IMG/VR virus record: IMGVR_UViG_3300045921_000730
Coordinates: 180,294-244,293 of that record
Strand: one strand, 5' to 3'
DNA: 64,000 nt
The notes beneath the pieces are model-generated. The model saw nothing but the letters and a program-made list of their open reading frames with translations. It did not search any database and was not told where the DNA came from. Below are positions 20,048 through 29,745 of this stretch, in pieces (positions within the stretch are counted from its first letter, which is position 1; each line of letters opens with the position of its first letter). The position numbers and the translations under genes are program-made.

Positions 20048-20374
20048 ATGATACCGACAACCATTACACTTAAAATTCACAATTATGATCCTGAATCAGA
20101 ATCATTAATTGTTTCATTTGCTTCCGATAAAACTAACTTTGGTCCTGACGAATACACACGCTTTGCTTATCAACCAACAGTTTATCAAGATCCATACAAT
20201 GTTAACTTTGTGTTGAAACATATTGCTCATTCAGGAATTGAAATAACAGAAGATATTGTTAAAAAAGAACAATATAAAGAAAATAAACAAATTACAGAAA
20301 AATATAAAGAACTTGTTGGGAAACAGTTTACTTTTTCTGTAAAAGAATTGTATAATTTTATTCATAATCAATAA
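20048..20374 (+). CDS. Hypothetical protein, paralog of 14083..14463
   Basis: Shared motifs as above; both copies follow a glycine-rich adhesin gene. Confidence 0.6.
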   Translation: MIPTTITLKIHNYDPESESLIVSFASDKTNFGPDEYTRFAYQPTVYQDPYNVNFVLKHIAHSGIEITEDIVKKEQYKENKQITEKYKELVGKQFTFSVKELYNFIHNQ

Positions 20375-20384
20375 TAAAAATAAT

Positions 20385-20990
20385 ATGACTATTAGCACTG
20401 ATCTTCTAAACACATACGGGGCTGTACATCTTACTAAACTAGTACCAATTGAATTTTGTTATTTTCTCACTCATATATTAATGAGAGAAAATGCTATAAA
20501 TGGCCAAGTTGGAGATCCACAAGTACCTAATTCGTTGGTGTCAGTTCATGGTAATATTGCATTTGATACGCTTCAAGAGCGGTTGTGGCCAACCATTGAG
20601 AAATGTACTGGGAAAGAATTGATACCTACGTATTCATATGCACGGTTATATAGTAATGGTGATATCTTAGAAAAGCATGCCGATCGTCCATCGTGCGAAT
20701 ACAGTGTAACAATCCAACTTGGAAGATCACATCACTATGCGTGGCCAATTTATATGGGTGATATTCGTTTTGATATGGCAGAAGGGGATGCTATAATTTA
20801 CAAAGGTTGTGAAATCGATCATTGGCGCGATAAGTGCGACGGTCCACCGAATTATTATTCGGGCCAAGTATTTTTACATTATGTTGATGCTAACGGCCCA
20901 TATACAGAATGGGCAGGCGACAAACGGTGGCAAGATCTGAAAAATTTTCCGTATCAAAAACAAAGAACATTAGTAATGGAGGCGAAATGA
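20385..20990 (+). CDS. 2OG-Fe(II) oxygenase
   Basis: YSYARLY..GD.L.KHADRPSCEYSVT...HWR motif. Confidence 0.8.
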   Translation: MTISTDLLNTYGAVHLTKLVPIEFCYFLTHILMRENAINGQVGDPQVPNSLVSVHGNIAFDTLQERLWPTIEKCTGKELIPTYSYARLYSNGDILEKHADRPSCEYSVTIQLGRSHHYAWPIYMGDIRFDMAEGDAIIYKGCEIDHWRDKCDGPPNYYSGQVFLHYVDANGPYTEWAGDKRWQDLKNFPYQKQRTLVMEAK

Positions 20991-21589
20991 TATACCAAGT
21001 TCCTTACAAAAATACATTTGGAAAAGACCAATATGCATATTGGGAAAATTTTCTTACAGACGAAGAAATAAATCAAATATTAGCTTTGCCTCAATGGCAT
21101 CAAATGACTGAAGGTCGTATAGGTGGTGCCTCCGAAGTTAATGATCTTAATAAAGAAGTTCGTAGTTCGTCAATTTCTTGGTTTTTACCTACAGCAGAAA
21201 CAAATCACATATGGAAAAAAATGACAGAAATAATATCGGAAGTAAATAGTCGTTTTTTTCAATTTGAAATCACAGGTTGTTATGAACCTGCGCAGCTTGG
21301 CTTATATAAAGCAGAGAGTGAAGATAAGTATGAATGGCATACAGACGCCATTCCTCAAGACAGAGCAGTGCCAAGAAAACTATCAATGGCATTGATGCTT
21401 TCTGATCCTTCAGAATTTGAAGGCGGAGATTTACAGATTAAAACAAACTCTGATCAAGCAATTACTTTAGAACAAAAACGTGGAAGAGCGTGGTTTTTCC
21501 CTTCGTACACTTTACATCGTGTAACACCTGTAACTAAAGGCGTTAGACGTTCTTTGGTTTTGTGGGTTGGAGGCCCTCAATTTAGATGA
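20987..21589 (+). CDS. 2OG-Fe(II) oxygenase, prolyl-4-hydroxylase-like
   Basis: WHTD...RKLS...FEGG.L...FPSY.LHRVTPVTKG.R.SLV.W. ATG 20987 overlaps the upstream stop (ATGA). Confidence 0.85.
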   Translation: MIYQVPYKNTFGKDQYAYWENFLTDEEINQILALPQWHQMTEGRIGGASEVNDLNKEVRSSSISWFLPTAETNHIWKKMTEIISEVNSRFFQFEITGCYEPAQLGLYKAESEDKYEWHTDAIPQDRAVPRKLSMALMLSDPSEFEGGDLQIKTNSDQAITLEQKRGRAWFFPSYTLHRVTPVTKGVRRSLVLWVGGPQFR

Positions 21590-21603
21590 TTTAACCCAAA
21601 ATC

Positions 21604-21728
21604 TATATAGGCTAAGAGCTGGCTGAATTTACGCCTACGGAGTGGCTGATGTTAATGCCACAACGAAGCAGGAATCAAGGTTGCCGTTGGGTGACTCCAC
21701 TTCTTTTTAAGAACACGTGGTGGTTAAG
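21604..21728 (+). ncRNA. Orphan, partly decayed omegaRNA/right end of the second TnpB family, copy G
   Basis: Gap-free match to 54641..54765 with about 19 mismatches in 125 nt (hand count); right-end hairpin damaged. Confidence 0.75.
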
Positions 21729-21740
21729 ATAATAATTTAT

Positions 21741-21944
21741 AAATCGAGCTGAGAAAATCCCACGATTTTTAGTCACGTGGATGAATCAGCACATTGGTAT
21801 CTGGTTCGTTTGTCACCATAAATAGTAATGTCTGGTTGTGGGACGCAATCGGACGTTAAACAAAAACCGAAGGAGGCGTCGATGCTGTTAGGTCGAGTCG
21901 ATGAGTTCGGAAACCATAAAGTTTTTAGCTTCGTGGTAGTTCAT
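21741..21944 (+). mobile_element. Non-autonomous IS605 element with orphan omegaRNA, copy B
   Basis: Near-identical to copy A; TTAT at 21737-21740, ATAAATA at 21818-21824, ends GGTAGTTCAT. Confidence 0.85.
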
Positions 21945-21982
21945 TTTAAACATAAATAGTATATTATTTTCTGGAAAAAACA

Positions 21983-23899
21983 ATGTCTTTAAACAAACGA
22001 AAAAAACACACACCATTACAACCTGATAGTTTACAAAACGCTTTGTTTAGTTGGGGCGACAATAGCGTCGGTCAGCTAGGTACCAACAATTTAGTTAGTA
22101 CTTCATCGCCCGTAAACGTAAACACAGGTACAAGTTGGCAAACGATTTCTGTCGGTAGCTCTCATGCTGCTGCTATTCGTTCTGACGGTGCATTGTTTAC
22201 ATGGGGGAGAAATAATAACGGACAGCTGGGTCTTGGGGATACAATAGATCGTTCAAACCCGACACAAGTTGGTTCTTCGCTTTGGACAGCAGTATCTGCT
22301 GGTGGTAACCATACTCTTGCTATAAGAATTGATGGTCGTTTGTTTGCGTGGGGTCTTAACACTTCAGGTCAACTCGGTGACGGAACGTTAGTTAGCAAAT
22401 CATCCCCCGTGGGAATAGGAACTTCAAGTTGGGCATTTGTAAGTGCTGGCGAAAATCATTCTTTGGGTGGTAGATGGAGCCCTACCGACACAACAAACAT
22501 TGTTCGTATTGATGCGTGGGGACAAAATAATTTTGGACAGCTTGGTCTTGGTGACACAATAACCAGATCAACTCCCGTAGCTTTTGGTACAACAAACTGG
22601 AAAGAAGTTGTAGCAGGAGATTTTCATTCTGTGGGCATACGTACAGATATGACACTATCTGTGTGGGGAAGAAATGATCAGGGCCAACTTGGGTTAAATG
22701 ATACAATTAATAGATCTGCTCCAACAACACTAGGGACAAAGGAATGGTTAAATGTTAGTGCTGGCGTTTCTCGCACCACAGCTATCGATACTGAAAGAAG
22801 ATTATTCGCCTGGGGGACCAATACAGGCGACGGAACAACAATAAACAGATCATCTCCAGTCCAAATTGGTACATCGAGTTGGACGGTAACTAACACTGGA
22901 AATGTTACTCTAGCAATAGATATCAACAACAAATTATTTTCATGGGGAGAAAATTCTTCAGGACAGGGCGGCGACAATACGACAGTAAACAAATCTTCTC
23001 CAGTACAAGTTGGAACATATAATTGGAAATCAATATCAGCAGCAAGAAACAATTTTAGTTTAGGAATACGTGGCGACACAGATCCTGAATATCCATTGAA
23101 AGCAGAATTTGAAGAAGGTGATTCAGCAGTTATTCCTACTGCTCAAGCGTTCAATACGGCACTAAGATTTTTAACAATTTACAATCCATCAAAAACAAAA
23201 ACAATACAGTTGGGTGCCACCGGTGGGGCTCAAGCTTTCAACAGAGGACAAGCGGGTACGTTGTATGGCATGCCGATACGTCCACCAGGATTTACACCAA
23301 CAAACCCAACATTACTTTCAGTTCCGGCTGTAGGATGGAGAACGTTCCCTTCACAAGAACCTGTATTATTAGCTCCTCAAGAAACAAAAAAAGTAATGAT
23401 TGGCTTTAACGGAGGAAATACTGTAACCACCGGGGAAGACTATTTTGCTGTTGCATCAAGAGTCATCGGTTCAAATATATTTCGAATAACAAGAATTCGT
23501 GTTACTGCATCAAGCGTTCAAGGAATTGGATTCAATAATAACGAATACCCAATAGCCGGACAAGCAACGATAAACAATTTCAACAATTTGACTTTGTCTT
23601 CTTTGCCATCAGGAGCTTCTATTATAACACCACTTCCAAATTCTCAAGGATTAATTTTTGCGTGTACACGATTAGAAGGCGAGGGATTTCAAATACGGCC
23701 CGGTCCATGTAGCGAGGCTACATATGATTGGAGTTCAGGTGGTTTTTATGATGTGTTCAATGAAAATATAGTCACAAGTATTTGTTCTACTATACAAGTT
23801 CGTGTGGTCTCAAGTAGTCCAGGTATAAAAGTTGGCATTCTTCGATTGGGATGTAGTGATCCGTATTTTTATATTCAATTTACAGCAAACATTAGTTAA
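21983..23899 (+). CDS. RCC1-repeat protein (about 7 repeats) with an unrecognised C-terminal domain
   Basis: LF.WG.N..GQLG repeats in the first ~365 aa. Confidence 0.8.
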   Translation: MSLNKRKKHTPLQPDSLQNALFSWGDNSVGQLGTNNLVSTSSPVNVNTGTSWQTISVGSSHAAAIRSDGALFTWGRNNNGQLGLGDTIDRSNPTQVGSSLWTAVSAGGNHTLAIRIDGRLFAWGLNTSGQLGDGTLVSKSSPVGIGTSSWAFVSAGENHSLGGRWSPTDTTNIVRIDAWGQNNFGQLGLGDTITRSTPVAFGTTNWKEVVAGDFHSVGIRTDMTLSVWGRNDQGQLGLNDTINRSAPTTLGTKEWLNVSAGVSRTTAIDTERRLFAWGTNTGDGTTINRSSPVQIGTSSWTVTNTGNVTLAIDINNKLFSWGENSSGQGGDNTTVNKSSPVQVGTYNWKSISAARNNFSLGIRGDTDPEYPLKAEFEEGDSAVIPTAQAFNTALRFLTIYNPSKTKTIQLGATGGAQAFNRGQAGTLYGMPIRPPGFTPTNPTLLSVPAVGWRTFPSQEPVLLAPQETKKVMIGFNGGNTVTTGEDYFAVASRVIGSNIFRITRIRVTASSVQGIGFNNNEYPIAGQATINNFNNLTLSSLPSGASIITPLPNSQGLIFACTRLEGEGFQIRPGPCSEATYDWSSGGFYDVFNENIVTSICSTIQVRVVSSSPGIKVGILRLGCSDPYFYIQFTANIS

Positions 23900-23918
23900 A
23901 AATGTTTGAAAAATATTG

Positions 23919-23948
23919 TTGACATGTAAATATTTTTGTTACTATAAT
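23919..23948 (+). promoter_or_regulatory. Sigma70-like early promoter of the SSB gene
   Basis: TTGACA-18-TATAAT. Confidence 0.75.
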
Positions 23949-23990
23949 TAGTAGGGCTAAAAGGTAGCCTCGTATATTAAATTAACAAAA

Positions 23991-24054
23991 TAATATTAGA
24001 TAATATTAGATATTTTTAGATAATATTAGATAATTTTAGATAATTTTAGATAAT
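23991..24054 (+). repeat. 10-bp tandem repeat (TAATATTAGA-like x6) in the SSB leader
   Basis: Six units read directly, ending just before the AAGGA RBS. Confidence 0.9.
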
Positions 24055-24069
24055 AAAGGAAATTATATT

Positions 24070-25011
24070 ATGAATAAACAAACTTTAGCTGCTCTCCGTT
24101 CTGCTTTTTCAAAAGATTCCGAACAAAAAAACCCCTCATCAAATAATTATTATCCTTTCTGGAATATGAAAGATGGTGAAAAATGTGTAATTCGTTTCTT
24201 GCCAGATAAGAACGATGAAAACCCTTATGGTTTTTTGGTCGAAAAGTCTGTCCACACACTTGAAATCAACGGCGAACAAAAAACTGTCCCGTGTTTAACA
24301 ATGTATGGTGAAGACTGTCCAATCTGCAAACTTTCGCAAAAATATTATAAAGCCAAGGATGAGATTAATGGTAAGAAATATTGGAGAAAGAAGCAGCATA
24401 TAGCTCAAGCACTAATTGTTGAAGATCCACTACCTCCAAACGATGCTGGTGAAACGCACGAAGGTAAAGTTCGCTTCATTACTCTTGGTTTCCAACTCTA
24501 CGAAATCATTCAACACGCTTTCAAATCTGATGATGTTCTTGATTCTATTCCTTATGATTTCGAAGAGGGATATGATTTTATTATTAAAAAGTCAAAGCAA
24601 GGAAACTATTCGACCTATGCTGTTGGTTCAAGGTTTGCACGTAAACAACGCCCTCTAACAGAAGAGCAGCTTGCTGTTGCTGAAGCAGATATGGTTGATC
24701 TTTCTACCCTTCTTCCAAAGAACCCAGGGTTCGAAAAAGTGAATAGCATGCTTGAGGCCTCACTTGTTGGTGCAAATTATTCTGACGACGAAGATGAAGA
24801 AGAGTTCGTTCCAACCAAGCCACAAAGACAAACTTCTAAGCCAACAACAAAAGTTGTAGACAATAAAGATGATGAAGATGATGAAGAATTTCAAACACCA
24901 AAAGTAGTTTCTTCTAAAAAGCCAAAAAACGAAGAACCTGAAGACGAAGAAAGTGATGATATGGATGTAGAACAAATCCTTGAATCGCTTCGTAACAACC
25001 GTCGCAGGTAA
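24070..25011 (+). CDS. Single-stranded DNA-binding protein, T4 gp32-like
   Basis: IRFLP, CL..YGEDCPIC zinc motif, GYDF.IK, acidic C-terminal tail; upstream of uvsX. Confidence 0.85.
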   Translation: MNKQTLAALRSAFSKDSEQKNPSSNNYYPFWNMKDGEKCVIRFLPDKNDENPYGFLVEKSVHTLEINGEQKTVPCLTMYGEDCPICKLSQKYYKAKDEINGKKYWRKKQHIAQALIVEDPLPPNDAGETHEGKVRFITLGFQLYEIIQHAFKSDDVLDSIPYDFEEGYDFIIKKSKQGNYSTYAVGSRFARKQRPLTEEQLAVAEADMVDLSTLLPKNPGFEKVNSMLEASLVGANYSDDEDEEEFVPTKPQRQTSKPTTKVVDNKDDEDDEEFQTPKVVSSKKPKNEEPEDEESDDMDVEQILESLRNNRRR

Positions 25012-25019
25012 TTCAATCT

Positions 25020-25044
25020 AGCGGACGGGGTTAACCCGTCCGCT
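25020..25044 (+). terminator. Strong stem-loop (terminator or processing site)
   Basis: AGCGGACGGG-GTTAA-CCCGTCCGCT; the U tail is weak. Confidence 0.55.
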
Positions 25045-25083
25045 TCTAAAAAATTTAGACAAGTAGTAGTTCAGGAGAACACT

Positions 25084-26181
25084 ATGACAGGAAAATTAAA
25101 TTTTATTGATTCATTTATCAAAGAAGTAAACAAACTAGAAGGAATCGGAACTTCTTCGGCGCCACCTCGTTATTGGTACTCAACAGGTAACTATGTGTTG
25201 AATAAAATTATTTCTGGTTCCTTTTATAAAGGAATCCCTCAAGGAAGAATTACAAACTTTGCTGGTCCATCAGGTGCTGGTAAAAGTTTTTTGACAGCTA
25301 ACATCGTTCGTGAAGCTCAAAAATCGGGCGCAATGATTTTAATTGTTGACACCGAGAACGCTCTTGACGATGAGTTCATGACAAAGATTGGCGTTGATGT
25401 AAATGACAAATCAAAATATTTTTACTTTGGTGTATCTACAATTCAACAAGCTGTCAATGTGATTTCACAATTCCTGAAGGGCTATAAAGAAGAATATAAC
25501 AATGATGTAACTGCTCCGCAAGTTTTGATTGTTCTTGATTCTCTCGATATGATGTTAACGGAAACAGAACTTGAAAACTATGAAAAGGGTATCCAAAAAG
25601 GTGATCAGGGCCAAAAGAACAAACAACTAAAAATGATGCTAAGAACATTTACACAAGACATCAAAACATTAAATGTTGCTATGATCTGCACTTCACAAGT
25701 TTATAGAAACCAAGATATCTTAAACGGCGAAGGAGTATGGATTGTTAGCGATGCTGTAAAGTATTCAGCTTCACAAATTGTTCTTTTGAATAAATTAAAA
25801 CTAAAAGATGGGACAGAAGTAAAAGGTATTCGTATGAAGTGTGAAGGTTATAAAACGCGTTTTACAAAACCTTTTCAGACTGTTGTAATTGAAGTTCCAT
25901 ACGAAACTGGCATGGATCCATATAGTGGCTTAGTTGAAACGGCAATCAATTTAAAAATTGTTGAAAAAGCTGGTTCGCGTTATCGAATCGTTGGTAACGA
26001 CGAAACATGGTACGAACGTGATATCCATAAAGTTGCCGACAAAATTCTCACCGCTGCTGAATCAGCACAAGATGCTTTCCTCGGTATTGAAGAAATTCCT
26101 TCTAACGAAATTGATGTAGAAACTGAATCAAAACAAGAAACTATATCACGTCGCAAAAACAAAAATGTAATTGTTGAATAA
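25084..26181 (+). CDS. uvsX: RecA-like recombinase
   Basis: Walker A GPSGAGKS, VDTENALD, IVLDSL; T4-like context. Confidence 0.9.
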   Translation: MTGKLNFIDSFIKEVNKLEGIGTSSAPPRYWYSTGNYVLNKIISGSFYKGIPQGRITNFAGPSGAGKSFLTANIVREAQKSGAMILIVDTENALDDEFMTKIGVDVNDKSKYFYFGVSTIQQAVNVISQFLKGYKEEYNNDVTAPQVLIVLDSLDMMLTETELENYEKGIQKGDQGQKNKQLKMMLRTFTQDIKTLNVAMICTSQVYRNQDILNGEGVWIVSDAVKYSASQIVLLNKLKLKDGTEVKGIRMKCEGYKTRFTKPFQTVVIEVPYETGMDPYSGLVETAINLKIVEKAGSRYRIVGNDETWYERDIHKVADKILTAAESAQDAFLGIEEIPSNEIDVETESKQETISRRKNKNVIVE

Positions 26182-26193
26182 TCCTTGAACAAC

Positions 26194-26225
26194 GGAGATA
26201 ATATTTTATAATATTATCTCCTTTT
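26194..26225 (+). terminator. Rho-independent terminator
   Basis: GGAGATAATAT ... ATATTATCTCC followed by TTTT. Confidence 0.65.
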
Positions 26226-26241
26226 ACTTTGTGAAAAGTAT

Positions 26242-26871
26242 ATGAAAAAAGAACAACTCGACAAAACAAAATTATTAGTTGAAATGATTCTGTTAAGAGA
26301 CCACGAGTATGATAGACAAACGTCTGTTATAAAACACGTACTACAAGAACATCTCTTTCCGATACTAGCCGAATTCCTTAACACACAATCTGAAAAAACA
26401 GAATGGTATACGGTTGACTTAAGGGAAGGAATTTTATTAATTAGCGCACTGGTAACACACGACGTCGATACCGTTCCAGATTTTCTTCAAGAACTTGCCC
26501 CCATGGAAGATAATGAAGATATAGTAAGTGTGCAACGACTAATTAAAATTGTAATACCAGTAACATTATGCTTTGCACCAAAAGAAATTATTTTTGCTTA
26601 CTTAACAGAAAGACTAAAAAACCAACAAAAGACTCAAACGAGTATACCAACCATATATCTTAAACCGTCTCAAGAAGAAACAACAAACACGGACACAACA
26701 GATAATATAAACAACATCACAACTCAACTTGCCAATTTAATTGAAGAGAAACCATCCGAGACAAATTCAGTAAAAATATTTACACCAACTTTTACGGGAG
26801 AACAACTAACTCCTGAACAACTACGAATGTTAGCATTATTTGAAACAACGCAAACTAAAACTAAACAATAA
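26242..26871 (+). CDS. Hypothetical protein
   Basis: 209-aa ORF; no motif recognised. Confidence 0.6.
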   Translation: MKKEQLDKTKLLVEMILLRDHEYDRQTSVIKHVLQEHLFPILAEFLNTQSEKTEWYTVDLREGILLISALVTHDVDTVPDFLQELAPMEDNEDIVSVQRLIKIVIPVTLCFAPKEIIFAYLTERLKNQQKTQTSIPTIYLKPSQEETTNTDTTDNINNITTQLANLIEEKPSETNSVKIFTPTFTGEQLTPEQLRMLALFETTQTKTKQ

Positions 26872-26878
26872 AAATCTT

Positions 26879-27337
26879 ATGGATTCGCCAGCCATTCTTT
26901 TCAAAAATCCTGAGAAGTTATTATTAACATTGGACGAATATCGTGCTTCAATTAAAGAAGTAGAAGCAATCTTAACATTTCAGGGCAAAACACTTCAACA
27001 AATTGATAGAGAACAAGTTGCTTGGCCTTTCTACTATGAACAAAAAAGAATTGAGCTCGAAACTTTGTTAAAGTTTGCTAAAATGCAAGAAGATAAAATT
27101 CGCAGCACGTTAGCACGAAAATATAAAGAAAACTATAGTTTTGATCTTGGTGATAGATTAAGAGATAGTTATATTGATTCGGAACCTTCATACCTTGCAA
27201 TTCATGAACTCGTAATTGAAATAGAACATGTAGTAAACTTATATAAAAGTGTGTGTGATTGTTTTCAAACAAGAGGATATACATTAAGAAATATGACTGA
27301 ACATTTTGTTAATAACATACAGGATCGAGTAATTTAA
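26879..27337 (+). CDS. UvsY-like recombination mediator
   Basis: Helical protein with ID.EP.Y...and RGY.L.N motifs, between uvsX and uvsW; ATG 26879 is the likelier start. Confidence 0.6.
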   Translation: MDSPAILFKNPEKLLLTLDEYRASIKEVEAILTFQGKTLQQIDREQVAWPFYYEQKRIELETLLKFAKMQEDKIRSTLARKYKENYSFDLGDRLRDSYIDSEPSYLAIHELVIEIEHVVNLYKSVCDCFQTRGYTLRNMTEHFVNNIQDRVI

Positions 27338-27340
27338 AAC

Positions 27341-28867
27341 ATGAAAGTAACCGTAAGGATTTTAGATGAAGTGTTTATGGCAGTGATCGGTCTTAAATCT
27401 GAACATATTGAAATGTTTTATGATATGTATGGACTGTATGCTCCCAATTATTTTTTTAATCCAAAGTTTAAGCTTGGACGCTGGGATGGAAAAATACGTT
27501 TTTTTCAACGTACAGCAAAAAATTCAAATTCGGGAAAAACTTATCTGTATCTTGCAGAAGAAATTTTACCAAAAATATCAAAACTTGGATATAAAATTCG
27601 TCTTGAAGATAACAGAAAGACAGAGGTTCCTTTGCCTGAAAAAATTAATGAAAATATTTTTTCGGACATTTTACATTTAGATACACAGCAACCAATCATT
27701 CTTAAACCGCACCAAGTGGATGCTGTCAATAGCTTAATTGAAGCAGGTCACGGTGTTGTTGTTGCTTCTACAGGAAGCGGTAAAACATTAATGACTTCTG
27801 CTCTCGTAAAAGCATACGACAAATATAATATCCGTTCGCTTACAATCGTACCAAACCAAGACTTAATTAAACAAACAAAAAATGAATATATCAATTGCAA
27901 ACTTGACACAGGCGAATATAGTGGAGCATACAAAACAATAGAACATAAACATGTTGTATCAACTTGGCAAGCATTAAAAAATAATCCAAGTCTTGTGGCA
28001 CACTTTCAAATGGTAATTGTTGACGAGTGTCACGGGTTGAAAGGGAACGTTCTTGGTCAAATATTAACAAACCACGCCGCTAATATTCCTTTAAGGTTTG
28101 GTTTTACAGGAACGATGCCAAAAGAAAAAACAGATGAACTTGCTGTAAAGGTTGCTGTAGGTCCTGTACGGTATTCTGTAAATGCAGATCACTTAATTAA
28201 TCAAGGCGTTCTTGCTAACCTTCAAATCGATATCTTACAACTCGAAGAAAATCTTGAAAAAGATTATCGACAATTTTTAGATGAATGTGTTGGTGATCCA
28301 ATATCTTATGAAGAGTTTAAAGAACAATATTTTCCTGATTTTTCCGCTGAAAAATCATATTTGCAAAAACAAGACAAACGAATTCGTTGGATAGCAAATA
28401 TGATTGAGGAAAGGAGAGATAACAAAAAAGGAAATACATTGTGTCTTGTTGATAGTATTTCTTTTGGAAGAAAACTAGCAAAATATATCAATAATTCAGT
28501 TTTTATTAATGGTCAAGACGTAAAAGATACAAAACAGCGTCAGTATGTGTATGATTTATTTAAAGACAATGATAATCTTGTTGTTATTGCAACTGTTCAT
28601 ATTGCAGGAACAGGATTAAACATTCGTCGTATTTTTAATTTAATATTGATTGATGTTGGCAAATCATTTATCCGAGTAATTCAAGCGGTAGGAAGAGGTT
28701 TAAGAAAAGCGGAAGATAAAGATTTTGTCAATATTATAGATGTTAGTAGCGATATGAAGTATAGTAAACGACATACTACAGAACGAATAAAATATTATAA
28801 AGAAGCAAATTATCCCTATAAAAAACACAAAATAAAATACGTTGAACAATTAAAAGAAATTGTATAG
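27341..28867 (+). CDS. uvsW: SF2 DNA helicase
   Basis: STGSGKT, DECH, GFTGT, QAVGRGLR motifs. Confidence 0.85.
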   Translation: MKVTVRILDEVFMAVIGLKSEHIEMFYDMYGLYAPNYFFNPKFKLGRWDGKIRFFQRTAKNSNSGKTYLYLAEEILPKISKLGYKIRLEDNRKTEVPLPEKINENIFSDILHLDTQQPIILKPHQVDAVNSLIEAGHGVVVASTGSGKTLMTSALVKAYDKYNIRSLTIVPNQDLIKQTKNEYINCKLDTGEYSGAYKTIEHKHVVSTWQALKNNPSLVAHFQMVIVDECHGLKGNVLGQILTNHAANIPLRFGFTGTMPKEKTDELAVKVAVGPVRYSVNADHLINQGVLANLQIDILQLEENLEKDYRQFLDECVGDPISYEEFKEQYFPDFSAEKSYLQKQDKRIRWIANMIEERRDNKKGNTLCLVDSISFGRKLAKYINNSVFINGQDVKDTKQRQYVYDLFKDNDNLVVIATVHIAGTGLNIRRIFNLILIDVGKSFIRVIQAVGRGLRKAEDKDFVNIIDVSSDMKYSKRHTTERIKYYKEANYPYKKHKIKYVEQLKEIV

Positions 28868-28896
28868 AATAGATTATTATTTAAAATAACTATGAT

Positions 28897-29388
28897 ATGT
28901 TAATTTTTGACGAAAACTCACAACCAATCATAATTGATAGCGTAAATGCTCCAATAGTAACGACCCACATTTGGGTTCTTGATTTTACTATGATGGACTT
29001 TACTTTATCACCTCTTTCAGTGATTGAAGAAACAATATGTCCAGGAATTGAAATAGAAATTCTTGGTTATCGTTTTGTTGTTCCTTCACATTGGAATATT
29101 TTAATTTATGATAAAGAAACATCTCAACTTGATGTTGCTGAAATAAAAGAAATTTTAGGAATGGAATTCACAGCTTTTATATATGGACCAAAAAAAGGTT
29201 CCCATGCCGGAGCACCAATTTCCGTAACAAATTATTTTCCAGAATATAAACACATTTCCCCTTCTTTAAATAAATTTCAAATGTTATGTCATCCAATATC
29301 TAGCGACTCGTGGGTAAACATATCCCCGTCTGATAGTTATAATAAGTATTTAAGAAATATGATTGTTAGTGACATTACAGGAACATAA
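28897..29388 (+). CDS. Hypothetical protein
   Basis: 163-aa ORF in the replication block. Confidence 0.6.
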   Translation: MLIFDENSQPIIIDSVNAPIVTTHIWVLDFTMMDFTLSPLSVIEETICPGIEIEILGYRFVVPSHWNILIYDKETSQLDVAEIKEILGMEFTAFIYGPKKGSHAGAPISVTNYFPEYKHISPSLNKFQMLCHPISSDSWVNISPSDSYNKYLRNMIVSDITGT

Positions 29389-29391
29389 AAA

Positions 29392-29745
29392 ATGGCAAAC
29401 GATAAACAAATAACAATTAAAGATTTCAAGATGTGGTTAGAGGGCGTTGAAGAAATGCAGGATGAAAACTGGACACCTTCCCCTACACAATGGAAACGTA
29501 TTCGTGAAAAAATTGATAGCATAACCGAAACACAGAATACATTACCGCAACAGCCAAGACCAGTACAGAGAAGTATGATGGAACCGAACAATTTCCCTCT
29601 TCCACCATCAAATCTTCCTGTTCCACCACAACCAAGTCCGTCTACTATTAATCCTTTGTTTGGGTCTCCAGATTCAGGAATACCTGCAAAAACACCTGCT
29701 GTGGATACAACAGATGGAAAACCATACAAAAGTTCATTCACTTAA
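29392..29745 (+). CDS. Hypothetical protein with Pro-rich tail
   Basis: 117-aa ORF. Confidence 0.6.
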   Translation: MANDKQITIKDFKMWLEGVEEMQDENWTPSPTQWKRIREKIDSITETQNTLPQQPRPVQRSMMEPNNFPLPPSNLPVPPQPSPSTINPLFGSPDSGIPAKTPAVDTTDGKPYKSSFT

